From assembly GCA_947478845.1 (NCBI GenBank), contig CANJXC010000007.1, positions 49,939-113,938 of the forward strand: a stretch of DNA of 64,000 bases, read 5' to 3'. The stretch's first letter is position 1; each line of letters starts with the position of its first letter. Source of the stretch: Spirochaetales bacterium (GTDB taxonomy: Bacteria > Spirochaetota > Spirochaetia > JABEVK01). The position numbers were made by a program, and so were the translations under genes. Of this stretch, positions 9,560-19,503 are shown piece by piece. The notes under the pieces are model-generated. The model was not told the origin of the DNA, searched no databases, and saw only the letters and a list, made by a program, of their open reading frames with translations.

Positions 9560-10592
9560 TCTGCTCGCAGCCTCCCGCGCCTGGGGAAAGCGCAACGCCG
9601 AGATGGCCGCCCTTCCGTTTCTGTTGGTGGGGGTTGTTCTTCTGCTATCTGTTGCGATTGAGATCACTTCCGAAGGAAACGTCCATTTTCTCTCTGTGGA
9701 AAACTTCGGTGCCATGGCCGCTCAGATTCCTGAACTGGGACTGCTTTCGCTGGCCATGATGGTGACCATGCTGACGGCGGGCATCAACTTGTCGATTATC
9801 AGTAGCGCCAACCTCGTGGGCGTTACCATGGCAATAACGATGCTGACTTTTGGCCCGGGCGCGGCCTCTGCCGGGCTCACCCTTCCCCTCATCGTGCTGA
9901 CCATTGTCGGTGGCCTCCTGTTCTCCGTGCTTTTGGGACTCTTTAACGGCCTTTTGATTGCCAAGCTCAAGATTACGCCCGTGCTGGCAACCTTGGGCAC
10001 TATGATACTGTACGAAGGTCTAACTCTCGCCATCACCAAAGGCTACGTGATTTCTGGCATGCCCGAAGAGTTCCTGGTCATCGCCTCCGGCGACGTTTTT
10101 GGAGTTCCCTATGCGTTGATCGTTTTTACCGTCGCTGCCGTAGTGATGGCCTATGTGCTTCAACGTAGGCCCTTTGGTCGACAGTTGTACATGCTTGGTT
10201 CCAATCAGACGGCCGCCAGTTTTTCCGCGGTGAATATCGACCGCGTGATTTTAAAAACCTATATGCTCTCGGGACTGCTCGTTGGTCTTGCAGCCATCAT
10301 TATGCTTTCCCGTTTTTCTTCCGCCAACGCCCGCCAAGGAACTTCGCTGCTTCTCGTAACCGTACTTATTGCCGTTCTCGGAGGCACAGATCCAGATGGT
10401 GGTTTTGGCAAGGTTTTGGGCTTGGTTATGGCACTGGTTATCATGCAGTGCATTACCAGTGGTCTCAACCTTTTGGGAATCAGCTCCTTCCTTACGTTGG
10501 GTCTTTGGGGCGCTTTGTTGATCGGAGTCATTGCTTACCGTTCTTACCGAGCCAAAAATCCGGGCAATCGCCCGAAGTCTGTTTCAGCATAA
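9549..10592 (+). CDS. Sugar ABC transporter permease (second RbsC-type subunit)
   Basis: The start ATG overlaps the upstream stop. Polytopic membrane protein, paralogous to the previous permease. Confidence 0.85.
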   Translation: MLNNLLAASRAWGKRNAEMAALPFLLVGVVLLLSVAIEITSEGNVHFLSVENFGAMAAQIPELGLLSLAMMVTMLTAGINLSIISSANLVGVTMAITMLTFGPGAASAGLTLPLIVLTIVGGLLFSVLLGLFNGLLIAKLKITPVLATLGTMILYEGLTLAITKGYVISGMPEEFLVIASGDVFGVPYALIVFTVAAVVMAYVLQRRPFGRQLYMLGSNQTAASFSAVNIDRVILKTYMLSGLLVGLAAIIMLSRFSSANARQGTSLLLVTVLIAVLGGTDPDGGFGKVLGLVMALVIMQCITSGLNLLGISSFLTLGLWGALLIGVIAYRSYRAKNPGNRPKSVSA

Positions 10593-10609
10593 CGAACAAG
10601 GAGAATTTT

Positions 10610-11185
10610 ATGTCTAGCCGATACAGGGAATTAACCAAAATCGTGGTAGAAGAGAACCGAAAAGTTCTCGAGGCGGTCTCCGAACACGAAGTCGCTCTTC
10701 TGATTGATGAAATTGAAAAGGCCAAGGTGATACAATTGTTCGCCATGGGCCGGATGACGGCCTCGATGCGTGGCTTTGCCATGCGGCTCAAGCACATGGG
10801 CCTCGACGCCTACGTGGTGTTCGACACCACAACCCCCGTGATTGGCAAGGGAGATCTGCTCATCGTGAACTGCGCCGTTACCGAAATCGACTTAGGAATC
10901 ATCCAGCGGGCGAAGAAGGCTGGGGCCCGCGTCGCCATCATCACCGCGCACCCAGAGTACGAGCAGGGAAAATACGCAGACCTGAAAGTTACCGTTCCCG
11001 GGCAGATTTTCGGCACGCCGCCAGAGATTGCGTCGGTTCAGCCCATGGCCTCTTTGCTGGAACAGGCACTTTTCCTTTTTGAGGATATTGTGGTAATGAT
11101 GCTGATCGAGAAGCGCAAGGTGTCGATGGAAGATATGCAAAAACGCCACACAAACCTGGAAGGAGTCATGGGTTCATTCGCCTAA
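10610..11185 (+). CDS. SIS-domain sugar-phosphate isomerase of the 6-phospho-3-hexuloisomerase (PHI/HxlB) family
   Basis: Strong resemblance to HxlB (GFAMRLKHMGL; VQPMASLLEQALFLFEDIVVMMLIEKRKVSMEDMQKRHTNLE). RBS AAGGAG. 191 aa. Confidence 0.8.
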   Translation: MSSRYRELTKIVVEENRKVLEAVSEHEVALLIDEIEKAKVIQLFAMGRMTASMRGFAMRLKHMGLDAYVVFDTTTPVIGKGDLLIVNCAVTEIDLGIIQRAKKAGARVAIITAHPEYEQGKYADLKVTVPGQIFGTPPEIASVQPMASLLEQALFLFEDIVVMMLIEKRKVSMEDMQKRHTNLEGVMGSFA

Positions 11186-11192
11186 GGCCTGC

Positions 11193-12593
11193 ATGAACCA
11201 CCTCGGCGTCGATTTGGGAACGGCCTCGCTTAAACTCCTTCTCGTGACTTCCGACGGAGCTGAACAAATCTGGTCTCAGCCGTATGCCGTGACTTCACCA
11301 AGGCCTGGCTTTGCCGAGACCGAACCTTCCGCCTGGCTGGTGGCCCTGCGAAAAGCCTCTGCGCAACTGCCGGCTGAACCGCTGGCCTCGGTAGGACTTT
11401 CGGGCCAAATGCACGGCATTGTTCCCTGCAGTTTCAAACGCGGTGCTCTCCATCCTGCCATCTTGTGGGCCGACCAACGCGGTAAAGACGTCCTGACTCG
11501 CCTCGGTGAGCTCGGACCGGAAAGTGTGCGCCGCGTGCGAAACTCTTGGGCCAGCGGAATGGCGGTAACCTCCATTCTATGGCTGCAGGAGAATTATCCT
11601 GCACTTTACGCTGAAACCGACGTTTTCCTCACGCCCAAGGACTATTTACGGTGGGTAATGACCGGAGAAGTGGGCACCGACCCTTCCGACGCCAGCGGAA
11701 CTCTGCTCTATGATTTGGCGCAGGGAGGCTGGATGACCGATCTGCTCGAGCGCATGGGCCTCGACCCGAGAAAGTTGCCAACAATCTTTGACAGTGCTTC
11801 CCTAGCGGGCACAGTGACTACCGAGGGCGCTCGCCAGACGGGCTTGCCCGAGGGTGTGGCTGTTGGGGTAGGGGCAGGGGATACTCCGGCCGCCATTTTT
11901 GGCTCAAACCTGCCCGTCGGCGATACCCTGCAAATCAGTATCGGCTCCGGCACCCAGGTCGTCCGTCTTCTGCCTAAATTGCCAGAGTTTAACCCCTCTC
12001 TCAACGTCTTCGAAAGCGTGAGAGCCGGTGTGTATTACCAGATGGCGGGAATGCTCAACGGAGGGGTTGCACTGGAATGGGTGCGCAAGACTGTCGGCTT
12101 GGACTGGTCTTCGTTTTACTCCAACATCAAGCAGAAAGAGGCGCCTCTCGACCTCGTATTTTTACCCTACCTGACGGGGGAACGGACTCCCTACCTGAAT
12201 CCAGACGCCCGTGCCTGCTGGGCGGGCCTCGGCCTTCACCATCAACCCAACGACCTGCTTCATTCGGCCCTCCTTGGTGTCGCTTGCTCGGTTCGCCTTG
12301 GTGTTCAGACTTTGGGGACAGGGGGAGTGATCCACTTCCGCCTTGTTGGGGGTAGTACCCGTTACGTGTTTTGGAACCAAATGCTGGCTAACGTGCTGCA
12401 GGTTCGCCTTAGTGTTTCCACCCAAGGTGATATTTCTGCCCGAGGGGCGGCTATGCTAGGTGCGGAGGCGGCGGGGCTTAAGTGGATTCCTCAACAAGAG
12501 TTCCAGACTTACGAGCCCCAACCTTGGCCCGGCATCGACGACTACTTCCGCCGCTTCCAAGACCTCTATGCACGCCTCTATAGCGATAAGTAG
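11193..12593 (+). CDS. FGGY-family carbohydrate kinase (xylulokinase-like)
   Basis: N-terminal GVDLGTASLK, GLSGQMHG and a C-terminal FGGY domain. 466 aa. Confidence 0.85.
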   Translation: MNHLGVDLGTASLKLLLVTSDGAEQIWSQPYAVTSPRPGFAETEPSAWLVALRKASAQLPAEPLASVGLSGQMHGIVPCSFKRGALHPAILWADQRGKDVLTRLGELGPESVRRVRNSWASGMAVTSILWLQENYPALYAETDVFLTPKDYLRWVMTGEVGTDPSDASGTLLYDLAQGGWMTDLLERMGLDPRKLPTIFDSASLAGTVTTEGARQTGLPEGVAVGVGAGDTPAAIFGSNLPVGDTLQISIGSGTQVVRLLPKLPEFNPSLNVFESVRAGVYYQMAGMLNGGVALEWVRKTVGLDWSSFYSNIKQKEAPLDLVFLPYLTGERTPYLNPDARACWAGLGLHHQPNDLLHSALLGVACSVRLGVQTLGTGGVIHFRLVGGSTRYVFWNQMLANVLQVRLSVSTQGDISARGAAMLGAEAAGLKWIPQQEFQTYEPQPWPGIDDYFRRFQDLYARLYSDK

Positions 12594-12737
12594 CAAACAA
12601 AGATCCCCGGCCCGAGATACCCTTAGTCTTTTTCGTCGGTCCAAGGGCGGAGTTTCGACTTATCCACGGGTGGCAGGTTCTTCCCCTTTTGGATGCCGAC
12701 GACTATGGTGGTCACGATGCCACCCACGAGCGTTAAA

Positions 12738-14159
12738 ATGACAACGACAAACCAGAACCCTGCTGACATACCTTCACAATACACCCAAAGTCTCTTTACG
12801 TCGTTGCCGCTAGGGGCTTCCCTTCTTGCTACGCTCAACCAGTTAGGCTACCTGACAATGACCCCCATACAGGCCCAGGCGCTGCCGCTGACTTTGGGTG
12901 GTCGGGACCTGTTGGGACAGGCCGCCACCGGGAGTGGGAAGACGGCGGTGTTTTCGCTGACTCTTCTTACGCGGGTGAACCCACGGTTCTTTGGTGTGCA
13001 AGCGTTGGTGCTTTGCCCTACCCGTGAACTGGCCGACCAGGTTGCTGCCGAAGTTCGCAAACTCGGCCGATCGGTGGCAAACCTCAAGGTGATTTCGCTC
13101 TGCGGAGGGGTGCCTGTGAAGAGCCAACTCGACAGTTTGGCCCACGGCGCCCATGTGGTTGTGGGAACACCTGGGCGCGTGCTCGACCACCTCGGCCGCA
13201 AAAGCCTGATCCTCGAAGGACTGCGGATACTTGTGCTCGACGAAGCCGACCGGATGCTCGACATGGGCTTCGCGGACGATATGGCCAAGGTTGCCCAAGA
13301 ATGCCCCCTAGACCGGCAGACGCTTTTGTTTTCGGCCACCATGCCTGCTCAGGTCGAGGACGTCGCCGGCCCTTTTCTCACGAATCCGTCGCGGGTGTAT
13401 ATTTCCGCTGAAGCCGATAAAACCTCAATTGAGCAGTTGTTCTTGGAGACCACCCGAGACGAAAAAGCGACCTTGCTGGCCGCGATTTTCGATTTTTACC
13501 GGCCAGAATCGACGCTGGTGTTTGTGAACACTAAGGTATCCGGGCGCGAGTTGACCGCAGAACTGGTACGGTTGGGGTTGTCCGCCCGTGACCTCTCGGG
13601 TGATCTCGAGCAACGGGAACGCGACGAAGTGATGGCTCTCTTCGCGAGCCGGTGCCTGCCCATCGTGGTGGCCACGGATGTGGCTTCCCGCGGGCTGGAT
13701 ATTGCAAAACTAGATCTAGTAGTGAATTACGAGCTGAGTCCGGACCCTGAGGTGCATGTTCATCGGGTGGGTCGCACAGGGAGGGCTGGTGAGCTTGGGC
13801 GCGCGGTCAGCTTGGTTGCCCCCCACGAAGTGACGCTGCTCCGACGGGTCGAAGAGTTGACCGGAGGCCGGTTCCCTTGGTCGCCGAAGGTGCCTGAAGT
13901 CTCTGGTGGTCAGCCGCAAGTTTCACGTTTTGTCATGTTTCGGTTCTATGATGGAAAAAAAGACAAACTGCGCCCTGCTGACGTTCTCGGCGCCTTCACA
14001 GCAGGACTCGGCCTCACCCGCGAGCAGGTGGGCACCATCAAGGTTACCGAATGGGGGACTTGGGTGGCGGTGGCTCGTGAGATGGCAGGTACCGTTGAGC
14101 AGGGCTTGCCCTCGTTAACGATCAAAGGAAAAGTCCGCAGGGCGGTGAGGGTGAGCTGA
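12738..14159 (+). CDS. dbpA: ATP-dependent RNA helicase DbpA (DEAD-box, 23S rRNA-specific)
   Basis: Q motif and GYLTMTPIQ, AATGSGKT, DEAD (VLDEADRMLDMGF), SAT, HRVGRTGRAG. The C-terminal RNA-binding domain matches DbpA (DGKKDKLRPADVLGAFTAGLGL...IKGK). The start is uncertain; an upstream ATG at 12693 is possible. Confidence 0.85.
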   Translation: MTTTNQNPADIPSQYTQSLFTSLPLGASLLATLNQLGYLTMTPIQAQALPLTLGGRDLLGQAATGSGKTAVFSLTLLTRVNPRFFGVQALVLCPTRELADQVAAEVRKLGRSVANLKVISLCGGVPVKSQLDSLAHGAHVVVGTPGRVLDHLGRKSLILEGLRILVLDEADRMLDMGFADDMAKVAQECPLDRQTLLFSATMPAQVEDVAGPFLTNPSRVYISAEADKTSIEQLFLETTRDEKATLLAAIFDFYRPESTLVFVNTKVSGRELTAELVRLGLSARDLSGDLEQRERDEVMALFASRCLPIVVATDVASRGLDIAKLDLVVNYELSPDPEVHVHRVGRTGRAGELGRAVSLVAPHEVTLLRRVEELTGGRFPWSPKVPEVSGGQPQVSRFVMFRFYDGKKDKLRPADVLGAFTAGLGLTREQVGTIKVTEWGTWVAVAREMAGTVEQGLPSLTIKGKVRRAVRVS

Positions 14160-14163
14160 GTTC

Positions 14164-14844
14164 CTAGGCTAGATTGTCCATCATGTGGCCCGACTTTCCG
14201 GCCTTGGTTTTCAAGTAGAAGTCATTGTGCGGATTCGAGGGAATGATGAGCGGAATGCGTCCGGAGACATTGACACCCAGAGCTTTGAGGCCGTCGATCT
14301 TTTTAGGGTTATTCGTCATCAGCTTGACACTTTTGATGCGTAGCGAATGGATCATGTGGGCGGCGATGCTGTAGTCCCGCTCATCATCGCGGAAGCCGAG
14401 GGCCAAGTTGGCCTCAACGGTGTCCATCCCCTGATCTTGCAAAGTATAGGCTCGGATCTTGTTGAGCAGGCCAATGCCCCGGCCTTCTTGGCGCAAGTAG
14501 AAAAGCACTCCACGTTCCATTTTTCCTAGAGCTAGCAGCGAAGCTTCGAGTTGGTCGCGGCAATCGCAGCGCAGGCTTCCTATGGCATCGCCTGTCAGGC
14601 ACTCCGAGTGCATCCGGATGGGAACGTCTTCATAGCCAAGCACATCGCCGTGGACGAAGGCTGCGTGCTCCTTGTTGTCACGGTTGTTCCAGAAAGCCAC
14701 AACCTGAAAGTCACCAAATCGGGAAGGAAGTTGGGCTGCTGCCACCACTTTGATGCAGACATTGTCCTTACCCACTCCTCTACATTCGTGGGTTTTATCG
14801 GCTTCCACCAGTTCGGCGAGGGATTGGATTTCATGGGTGTTCAC
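14164..14844 (-). CDS. ribA: GTP cyclohydrolase II (monofunctional RibA)
   Basis: RMHSECLTGD...CDCR zinc motif and the GRGIGLLNKI core. GTG start. Confidence 0.85.
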   Translation of the reverse strand: MNTHEIQSLAELVEADKTHECRGVGKDNVCIKVVAAAQLPSRFGDFQVVAFWNNRDNKEHAAFVHGDVLGYEDVPIRMHSECLTGDAIGSLRCDCRDQLEASLLALGKMERGVLFYLRQEGRGIGLLNKIRAYTLQDQGMDTVEANLALGFRDDERDYSIAAHMIHSLRIKSVKLMTNNPKKIDGLKALGVNVSGRIPLIIPSNPHNDFYLKTKAGKSGHMMDNLA

Positions 14845-14892
14845 GGTAAGCCTCCTGAGGGAGTATACTTCACACCGGACAGGAGGGCAAAT

Positions 14893-15912
14893 TTGGTCCG
14901 CGATTTCGTCATTGTGGGTGCTGGATTAGCCGGTCTCGCTCGTGCCCGGGTTCTAGCCGAAGCAGGGGCCGCTCCCCTGGTTTTAGAACGTTCCTATCGG
15001 CCGGGGGGGCGTTTGGCGACCCGGGAGCTCGGGGGTGCGACCTTTGACTATGGTGTGGTTTTTGTGAGCTCCCACGACCGGGATTTCCTCACTTGGGCCA
15101 AGAACGCCGCAGGTGATCGGTTGATTTCCGGTTGGCCGCAGCGCGTGGAAGGATTGGGAACACCCTGCCAACCGTGGTCGCTAGGGGCCACCGAGGAACG
15201 CTTCGCCCTCCGGGGTGGCCTCAACCAACTAGCAGTTGAAGAGTGTAGGTGTGTGGTCCAGGCAGGGGGCGAACTTCGCCTCAACACCGAGGTGACTGCT
15301 CTGGCGGCCCATCGTGATGGCATCGAGGTGCACGTGGCCAATGGCGAGGTGATCGTGGCCCGTAACCTCGTCTTGGCGTTGGCCCATCCACAAGCGGTGG
15401 CGCTCTTGGCGACTTTGGGCGAAGCGCCTATCGCTCGAGCCATGCGTGCCACGCTCGACTTGTTTCCCGCGGTTCCTAGCCTCGTAGTAGCGGCTGTGTA
15501 TGACGAAGCCCCCCAGCTCTCTTGGGATATCAGCTACCCTGAAGACTCACTCTTGCAGTTGGCATCGCACGAAAGCACCAAGACTCCCGCCGACGGCCGT
15601 ACGGTTGTGGTTTATCAGGCCCGTCCCAACTGGTCGGCCAAGAGGATCGAGGAACCCAAAGAGAACTGGAGGCAAGAAATCTTGGCTGAAGCTGCTCGCC
15701 TGTGGGGACCTTGGGCCGCGTCCCCGCAACATCTACACGCCCATCGCTGGAAGCACGCCCGTTTGGACGGTTCAGGCACAGCACAACGTCCTCTCGTCGT
15801 ACCGTTTGCGGGGGGGACATTGACCCTAGCCGGAGAGTTATTCTCGGAAGTCGGTGGGGTTGCCGGCGCCTGGGTTTCTGGTCGCCGTGCTTCAGCCTTC
15901 ACGGGGAGTTGA
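14893..15912 (+). CDS. FAD/NAD(P)-binding oxidoreductase (amine-oxidase or renalase-like)
   Basis: DFVIVGAGLAGLARARVL Rossmann motif. TTG start 7 nt after an AGGAGGG RBS. The long upstream ORF extension (14551-14892) overlaps ribA on the opposite strand and is judged non-coding. Confidence 0.6.
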   Translation: MVRDFVIVGAGLAGLARARVLAEAGAAPLVLERSYRPGGRLATRELGGATFDYGVVFVSSHDRDFLTWAKNAAGDRLISGWPQRVEGLGTPCQPWSLGATEERFALRGGLNQLAVEECRCVVQAGGELRLNTEVTALAAHRDGIEVHVANGEVIVARNLVLALAHPQAVALLATLGEAPIARAMRATLDLFPAVPSLVVAAVYDEAPQLSWDISYPEDSLLQLASHESTKTPADGRTVVVYQARPNWSAKRIEEPKENWRQEILAEAARLWGPWAASPQHLHAHRWKHARLDGSGTAQRPLVVPFAGGTLTLAGELFSEVGGVAGAWVSGRRASAFTGS

Positions 15913-15972
15913 ACTCCCACAAGTCTTTGCGATATAGTCCTTGCACTTCGTCCCCCGAAAAGGAGTTTCTCC

Positions 15973-16977
15973 GTGTCGAGAACCACTAAGATCGTGCTTG
16001 GGTGCCTCATTTTAGTGGCCCTGTCTATTGTTGCCGCCTCGGCAGCTCCCTTGGTCCTAAAAGTTGGTTCCATCGCACCTGAAGCCACGCCTTGGGGCGA
16101 ATCGCTCAACAAGCTTGCTGCCGAATGGAAACGAGTCTCCAATGGGCAGGTTGAACTGAAGGTCTACCACGGGGGAATCGCAGGGGGCGAATCTGATTCC
16201 ATTCGTAAAATGCGCCTTAACCAACTTCAGGGGGCCGTCCTAACGTCATTTGGCGTGAATGAGCTCACCAAAGACTTCCTAACGCTCAGCATTCCGTTCA
16301 TGATCCGCACGGACGCTGAACTCGATTATGTGCTATCCAAAGTCTCTGATCGCTACAAAAAAGAGGTCGCCGCACAGAAGTTCTACGTCTTCGCTTGGTC
16401 GAAGGCAGGCTGGGTGCGATTCTTTAGCAAGACGCCAGTCAGGTTGCCAGCTGATCTCAAGCCCTTGAAACTTGGCTCCAACCCTGTCGATCAGCAGATG
16501 TTCGAAGCTTGGCAATCCATGGGCTACAATCAGGTGCCCGTAGAACTTCCCAATACTCTCACAGCTCTGAACTCAGGCCGGATAGACGCTCTCTATGCCA
16601 GTCCCATCGCGACCGGCGGCTTCCAGTGGTTTGGTATAGCCAAGTATATGGCCTCCATTAAGATCGCCCCGTTTTTGGGGGGAATTGTGTTCACCCAAAG
16701 TACCTGGGACAAGATTCCTGCCAACCTGAAGCCGGCCCTAGAGGCCGCTGCCGCACCAATCTTCGAGAAACTTGACGCAGACATCCAGCAAATGGAGGTC
16801 AGCGCGATTAAGACCATGAAAACCTACGGGCTCATCGAAACCACCGTCTCGCCGGCTGACGAGTTGGTTTGGAAATCTGAAATGGATACCGGTCTCTCGG
16901 GCCTGCTTGGCAAGAGCTTCAACAAGGAGGTCTACGACATCATGGTATCGGCGCTGGCGGAGTACCGGAAGAAATGA
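15973..16977 (+). CDS. TRAP transporter substrate-binding protein (DctP family)
   Basis: Signal peptide. DctP-like sequence (LVLKVGSIAPEATPWGESLNKLAAEW). GTG start with an AAAGGAG RBS. Confidence 0.85.
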   Translation: MSRTTKIVLGCLILVALSIVAASAAPLVLKVGSIAPEATPWGESLNKLAAEWKRVSNGQVELKVYHGGIAGGESDSIRKMRLNQLQGAVLTSFGVNELTKDFLTLSIPFMIRTDAELDYVLSKVSDRYKKEVAAQKFYVFAWSKAGWVRFFSKTPVRLPADLKPLKLGSNPVDQQMFEAWQSMGYNQVPVELPNTLTALNSGRIDALYASPIATGGFQWFGIAKYMASIKIAPFLGGIVFTQSTWDKIPANLKPALEAAAAPIFEKLDADIQQMEVSAIKTMKTYGLIETTVSPADELVWKSEMDTGLSGLLGKSFNKEVYDIMVSALAEYRKK

Positions 16978-18875
16978 GCGACCTCCTGCGCGCCCGGCCT
17001 GGCAACAGGTTTGTGGGCATACTCCATCGAACCGAAGAGGGTGTGGGAATTGCCAGCTTGGTACTTCTGCTCCTCTTGCCTCTGTCGGACTTCCTGGCGC
17101 GTAAGTTTTTCGGAGAACCCATTCCAGGTTCGCTCATCACAACCCGCCACCTGATTCTGTATGTCACTTTTATTGGAGGAATGCTGGCAGCACGTGAAGG
17201 TCAGCATCTTGCTATTGGGACATTCCTGAGTTTCGTCAATGCCAAATCGAAAAGCCTGCTCAATGCGGTGACTGCCTTTGTCGCCGTCTCCGTCACAACA
17301 GCGTTTACTTGGGGTGCACTTTCGCTTTTCCTTACGGGTTTTACCCCGGGAGCCTTAGTCGGTTTCATTCCACTGCCCTTGTTCACTGTGATTCTTCCTG
17401 TTGGTTTGGTATTGATCACCGTTCGGTTTGTTACCCAGGCAGAAACCTCATTGCGAGGAAAAATCGTCGCCACCTTTGGGGTTGTGCTCGGCACCTACCT
17501 TGCTCTTCAGCCGTTCGCCAACGTAGTGACGGCCTTGTTTGGAGCGCCCGACTGGTACGACGTTAGCATCGCGTTCTGGACAGCCAGCCTGAGTCCCCTG
17601 GCGGTTTCCGGGATCGTGGTTCTCGTCTTACTGGCCTTCGCGGGCCTTCCGTTGTTTGTGGTCCTCGGAGGCACCGCGTGGTTCCTTTTTCTTCCAACCG
17701 GTGGTGCACTCGAGACGATTCCCAGTGAAGGATTTACGCTGCTGACCGACGGATCAATGCCAGCGATTCCTCTGTTTACCCTTGTCGGTTTTATTCTCGC
17801 CGAGGGAAAATCAGCCGAAAGGCTCATCCGTCTTTTCCGTGCGTGGTTCGGCTGGATGCCTGGCGGCTTGATCTTCGTGACTGTGGTCGTTTCGGCCTTC
17901 TTCACCACCTTTACCGGGGCTTCGGGGGTCACCATCTTGGCGCTAGGGATGATCCTGTTTCTCATCCTAACCAAGAGCGGTTACAGCGCCATGTTCGCGA
18001 TCGGGCTGCTCACAGCGAGCGGTTCGATAGGCATTCTCTTACCGCCTAGCCTGCCCATGATCCTCTATGGGAGTTCTTCAAGGGTTTCGGTCATCGATAT
18101 GTTTCTTGGCGGGCTGATACCCGGAACCCTCATGATTGTCGCTATGTCGGTGTTCGGGGTGTTCTCGTCGCTCAAGAATAAAGTGGAGCGCCCTGCGTTC
18201 AACCTAAAGGAAGCCCTCATCGCCTTACGCGATGGATTACTGGATATCCTTTTGCCGGTTATCATCGTGGTTGTCTACTTTTCCGGCGCCATGGACCTCA
18301 CAGAAACCGCCGCCACGGCCGCCGCCTACGCCATCGTCGTTCAAGTGCTCGTGCTGCGCGATCTCAAAGTCATTGACCTGCTGAGAGCCATGACCAAAGC
18401 CCTGGTGATCTTGGGTGGCATTCTTGTCATACTGGCTTTTGCTCGCGGGCTTTCCTACTACATTGTTGATACGCAATTGCCGACGCAGTTGGCCGCTTGG
18501 GTACGGGCAAGCATCACAGAACCTTGGGTTTTCTTGGCGTTTCTGAACGTGGCTCTTTTAGTCGTTGGAATGTTCATGGACATCTATTCTTCTATTGTTG
18601 TTGTCGCGCCTCTTATCATCCCCATGGGAGTTGCCTTCGGTATTGATCCTATCCATTTGGGAATCGTCTTTCTCGTCAACATGGAGATCGGATTCTTGAC
18701 GCCTCCTGTTGGGCTGAACCTCTACCTGGCATCTTATTGTTTCAAGCAACCTCTCGGCAAAATTGCCATCTCGGTGCTCCCTTTTCTAGCCATCCAATTG
18801 GCCATCCTATTCCTTGTGACCTATGTGCCGTGGTTAAGTACGGGACTGGTGAAACTTGTTCACTCCCTTCCGTAA
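16974..18875 (+). CDS. TRAP transporter fused small/large permease (DctQ-DctM fusion)
   Basis: N-terminal DctQ-like 4 transmembrane segments followed by a DctM-like 12-TM domain. ATG overlaps the DctP stop (ATGA). Confidence 0.85.
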   Translation: MSDLLRARPGNRFVGILHRTEEGVGIASLVLLLLLPLSDFLARKFFGEPIPGSLITTRHLILYVTFIGGMLAAREGQHLAIGTFLSFVNAKSKSLLNAVTAFVAVSVTTAFTWGALSLFLTGFTPGALVGFIPLPLFTVILPVGLVLITVRFVTQAETSLRGKIVATFGVVLGTYLALQPFANVVTALFGAPDWYDVSIAFWTASLSPLAVSGIVVLVLLAFAGLPLFVVLGGTAWFLFLPTGGALETIPSEGFTLLTDGSMPAIPLFTLVGFILAEGKSAERLIRLFRAWFGWMPGGLIFVTVVVSAFFTTFTGASGVTILALGMILFLILTKSGYSAMFAIGLLTASGSIGILLPPSLPMILYGSSSRVSVIDMFLGGLIPGTLMIVAMSVFGVFSSLKNKVERPAFNLKEALIALRDGLLDILLPVIIVVVYFSGAMDLTETAATAAAYAIVVQVLVLRDLKVIDLLRAMTKALVILGGILVILAFARGLSYYIVDTQLPTQLAAWVRASITEPWVFLAFLNVALLVVGMFMDIYSSIVVVAPLIIPMGVAFGIDPIHLGIVFLVNMEIGFLTPPVGLNLYLASYCFKQPLGKIAISVLPFLAIQLAILFLVTYVPWLSTGLVKLVHSLP

Positions 18876-18903
18876 AATCTTTCGGGAGTTATCAGCTCGT
18901 CCA

Positions 18904-19503
18904 ATGCCTGGATTGCTGGGTGTGGTCCTGCTCATCTTGGCAGCCATAGCCAGCCGTCTAGCCAACGACTTCGTGAACGGTTTTCCACTATCCACCGAGT
19001 CGCTGCCAGACATCATCCATCAGTTGGGCCCGCCCGTCGACCTCAACTTGCTGGTAACCCATGGAGATCAACTGTTGCTTATGCTGATGATAGCCTACTT
19101 TCTTTTCTGGGACACGGAAAGTTTTCCTTTGGCTCTCATTCTCCTGGGTAGCTATTTCCTGATTCGAGCAGTCTTTTTGTTCTGCACTGTATTGCCAACA
19201 CCCTTTCCTCGAATTGACGATCAGCCCACCATAGACCTGAAAATCATGTTCTATGGGACCCGTGATCTTTTCCCGTCCGGCCATGCAGGATCGATGTTCA
19301 TCCTTGCTTTTCTGGTGCGCAACCATCGCTGGGTGAGACGGGCAGGTTTTGCGCTAGCGCTCGTCATGAGTTCTGCCGTGCTGATGATGCACGTCCACTA
19401 CACAATCGATGTGGTGGGGGCGTTTTTTATTTCCTATGCAATTTTTGCTTTCGCGGAGAAACACTGGGCTCCCTGGGCAAGGCGTGCGAGACCCAATGGC
19501 TGA
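18904..19503 (+). CDS. PAP2-family phosphatase (membrane)
   Basis: PSGH and HxxxD motifs (FPSGHAGS...HVHYTIDVV), with transmembrane helices. ATG at 18904 is preferred over the TTG at 18856. Confidence 0.7.
   Translation: MPGLLGVVLLILAAIASRLANDFVNGFPLSTESLPDIIHQLGPPVDLNLLVTHGDQLLLMLMIAYFLFWDTESFPLALILLGSYFLIRAVFLFCTVLPTPFPRIDDQPTIDLKIMFYGTRDLFPSGHAGSMFILAFLVRNHRWVRRAGFALALVMSSAVLMMHVHYTIDVVGAFFISYAIFAFAEKHWAPWARRARPNG

Noticed and set aside
12774-12780. Additional Rex half-sites (TTCACAA at 12774; GTGAA-acttg-TTCAC at 18846-18864)
   Set aside because: The first is an isolated half-site inside a coding region. The second has a 5-nt rather than 4-nt spacer and lies at a gene junction without promoter context. 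Both are weaker than the two sites reported.
12623-12838. A 71-aa minus-strand ORF whose product would be a small single-TM protein (MSAGFWFVVVILTLVGGIVTTIVVGIQKGK...)
   Set aside because: It overlaps the N-terminal coding region of the DbpA helicase. That N-terminus aligns with E. coli DbpA, so the helicase must start at or before 12738. The ORF is most likely antisense noise, though a genuinely overlapping small membrane protein cannot be excluded.
14551-14892. Long N-terminal extension of the FAD oxidoreductase ORF (ATG at 14551)
   Set aside because: The extension runs antisense across ribA and lacks protein-like features. A TTG start with a strong AGGAGGG RBS sits right before the Rossmann motif.
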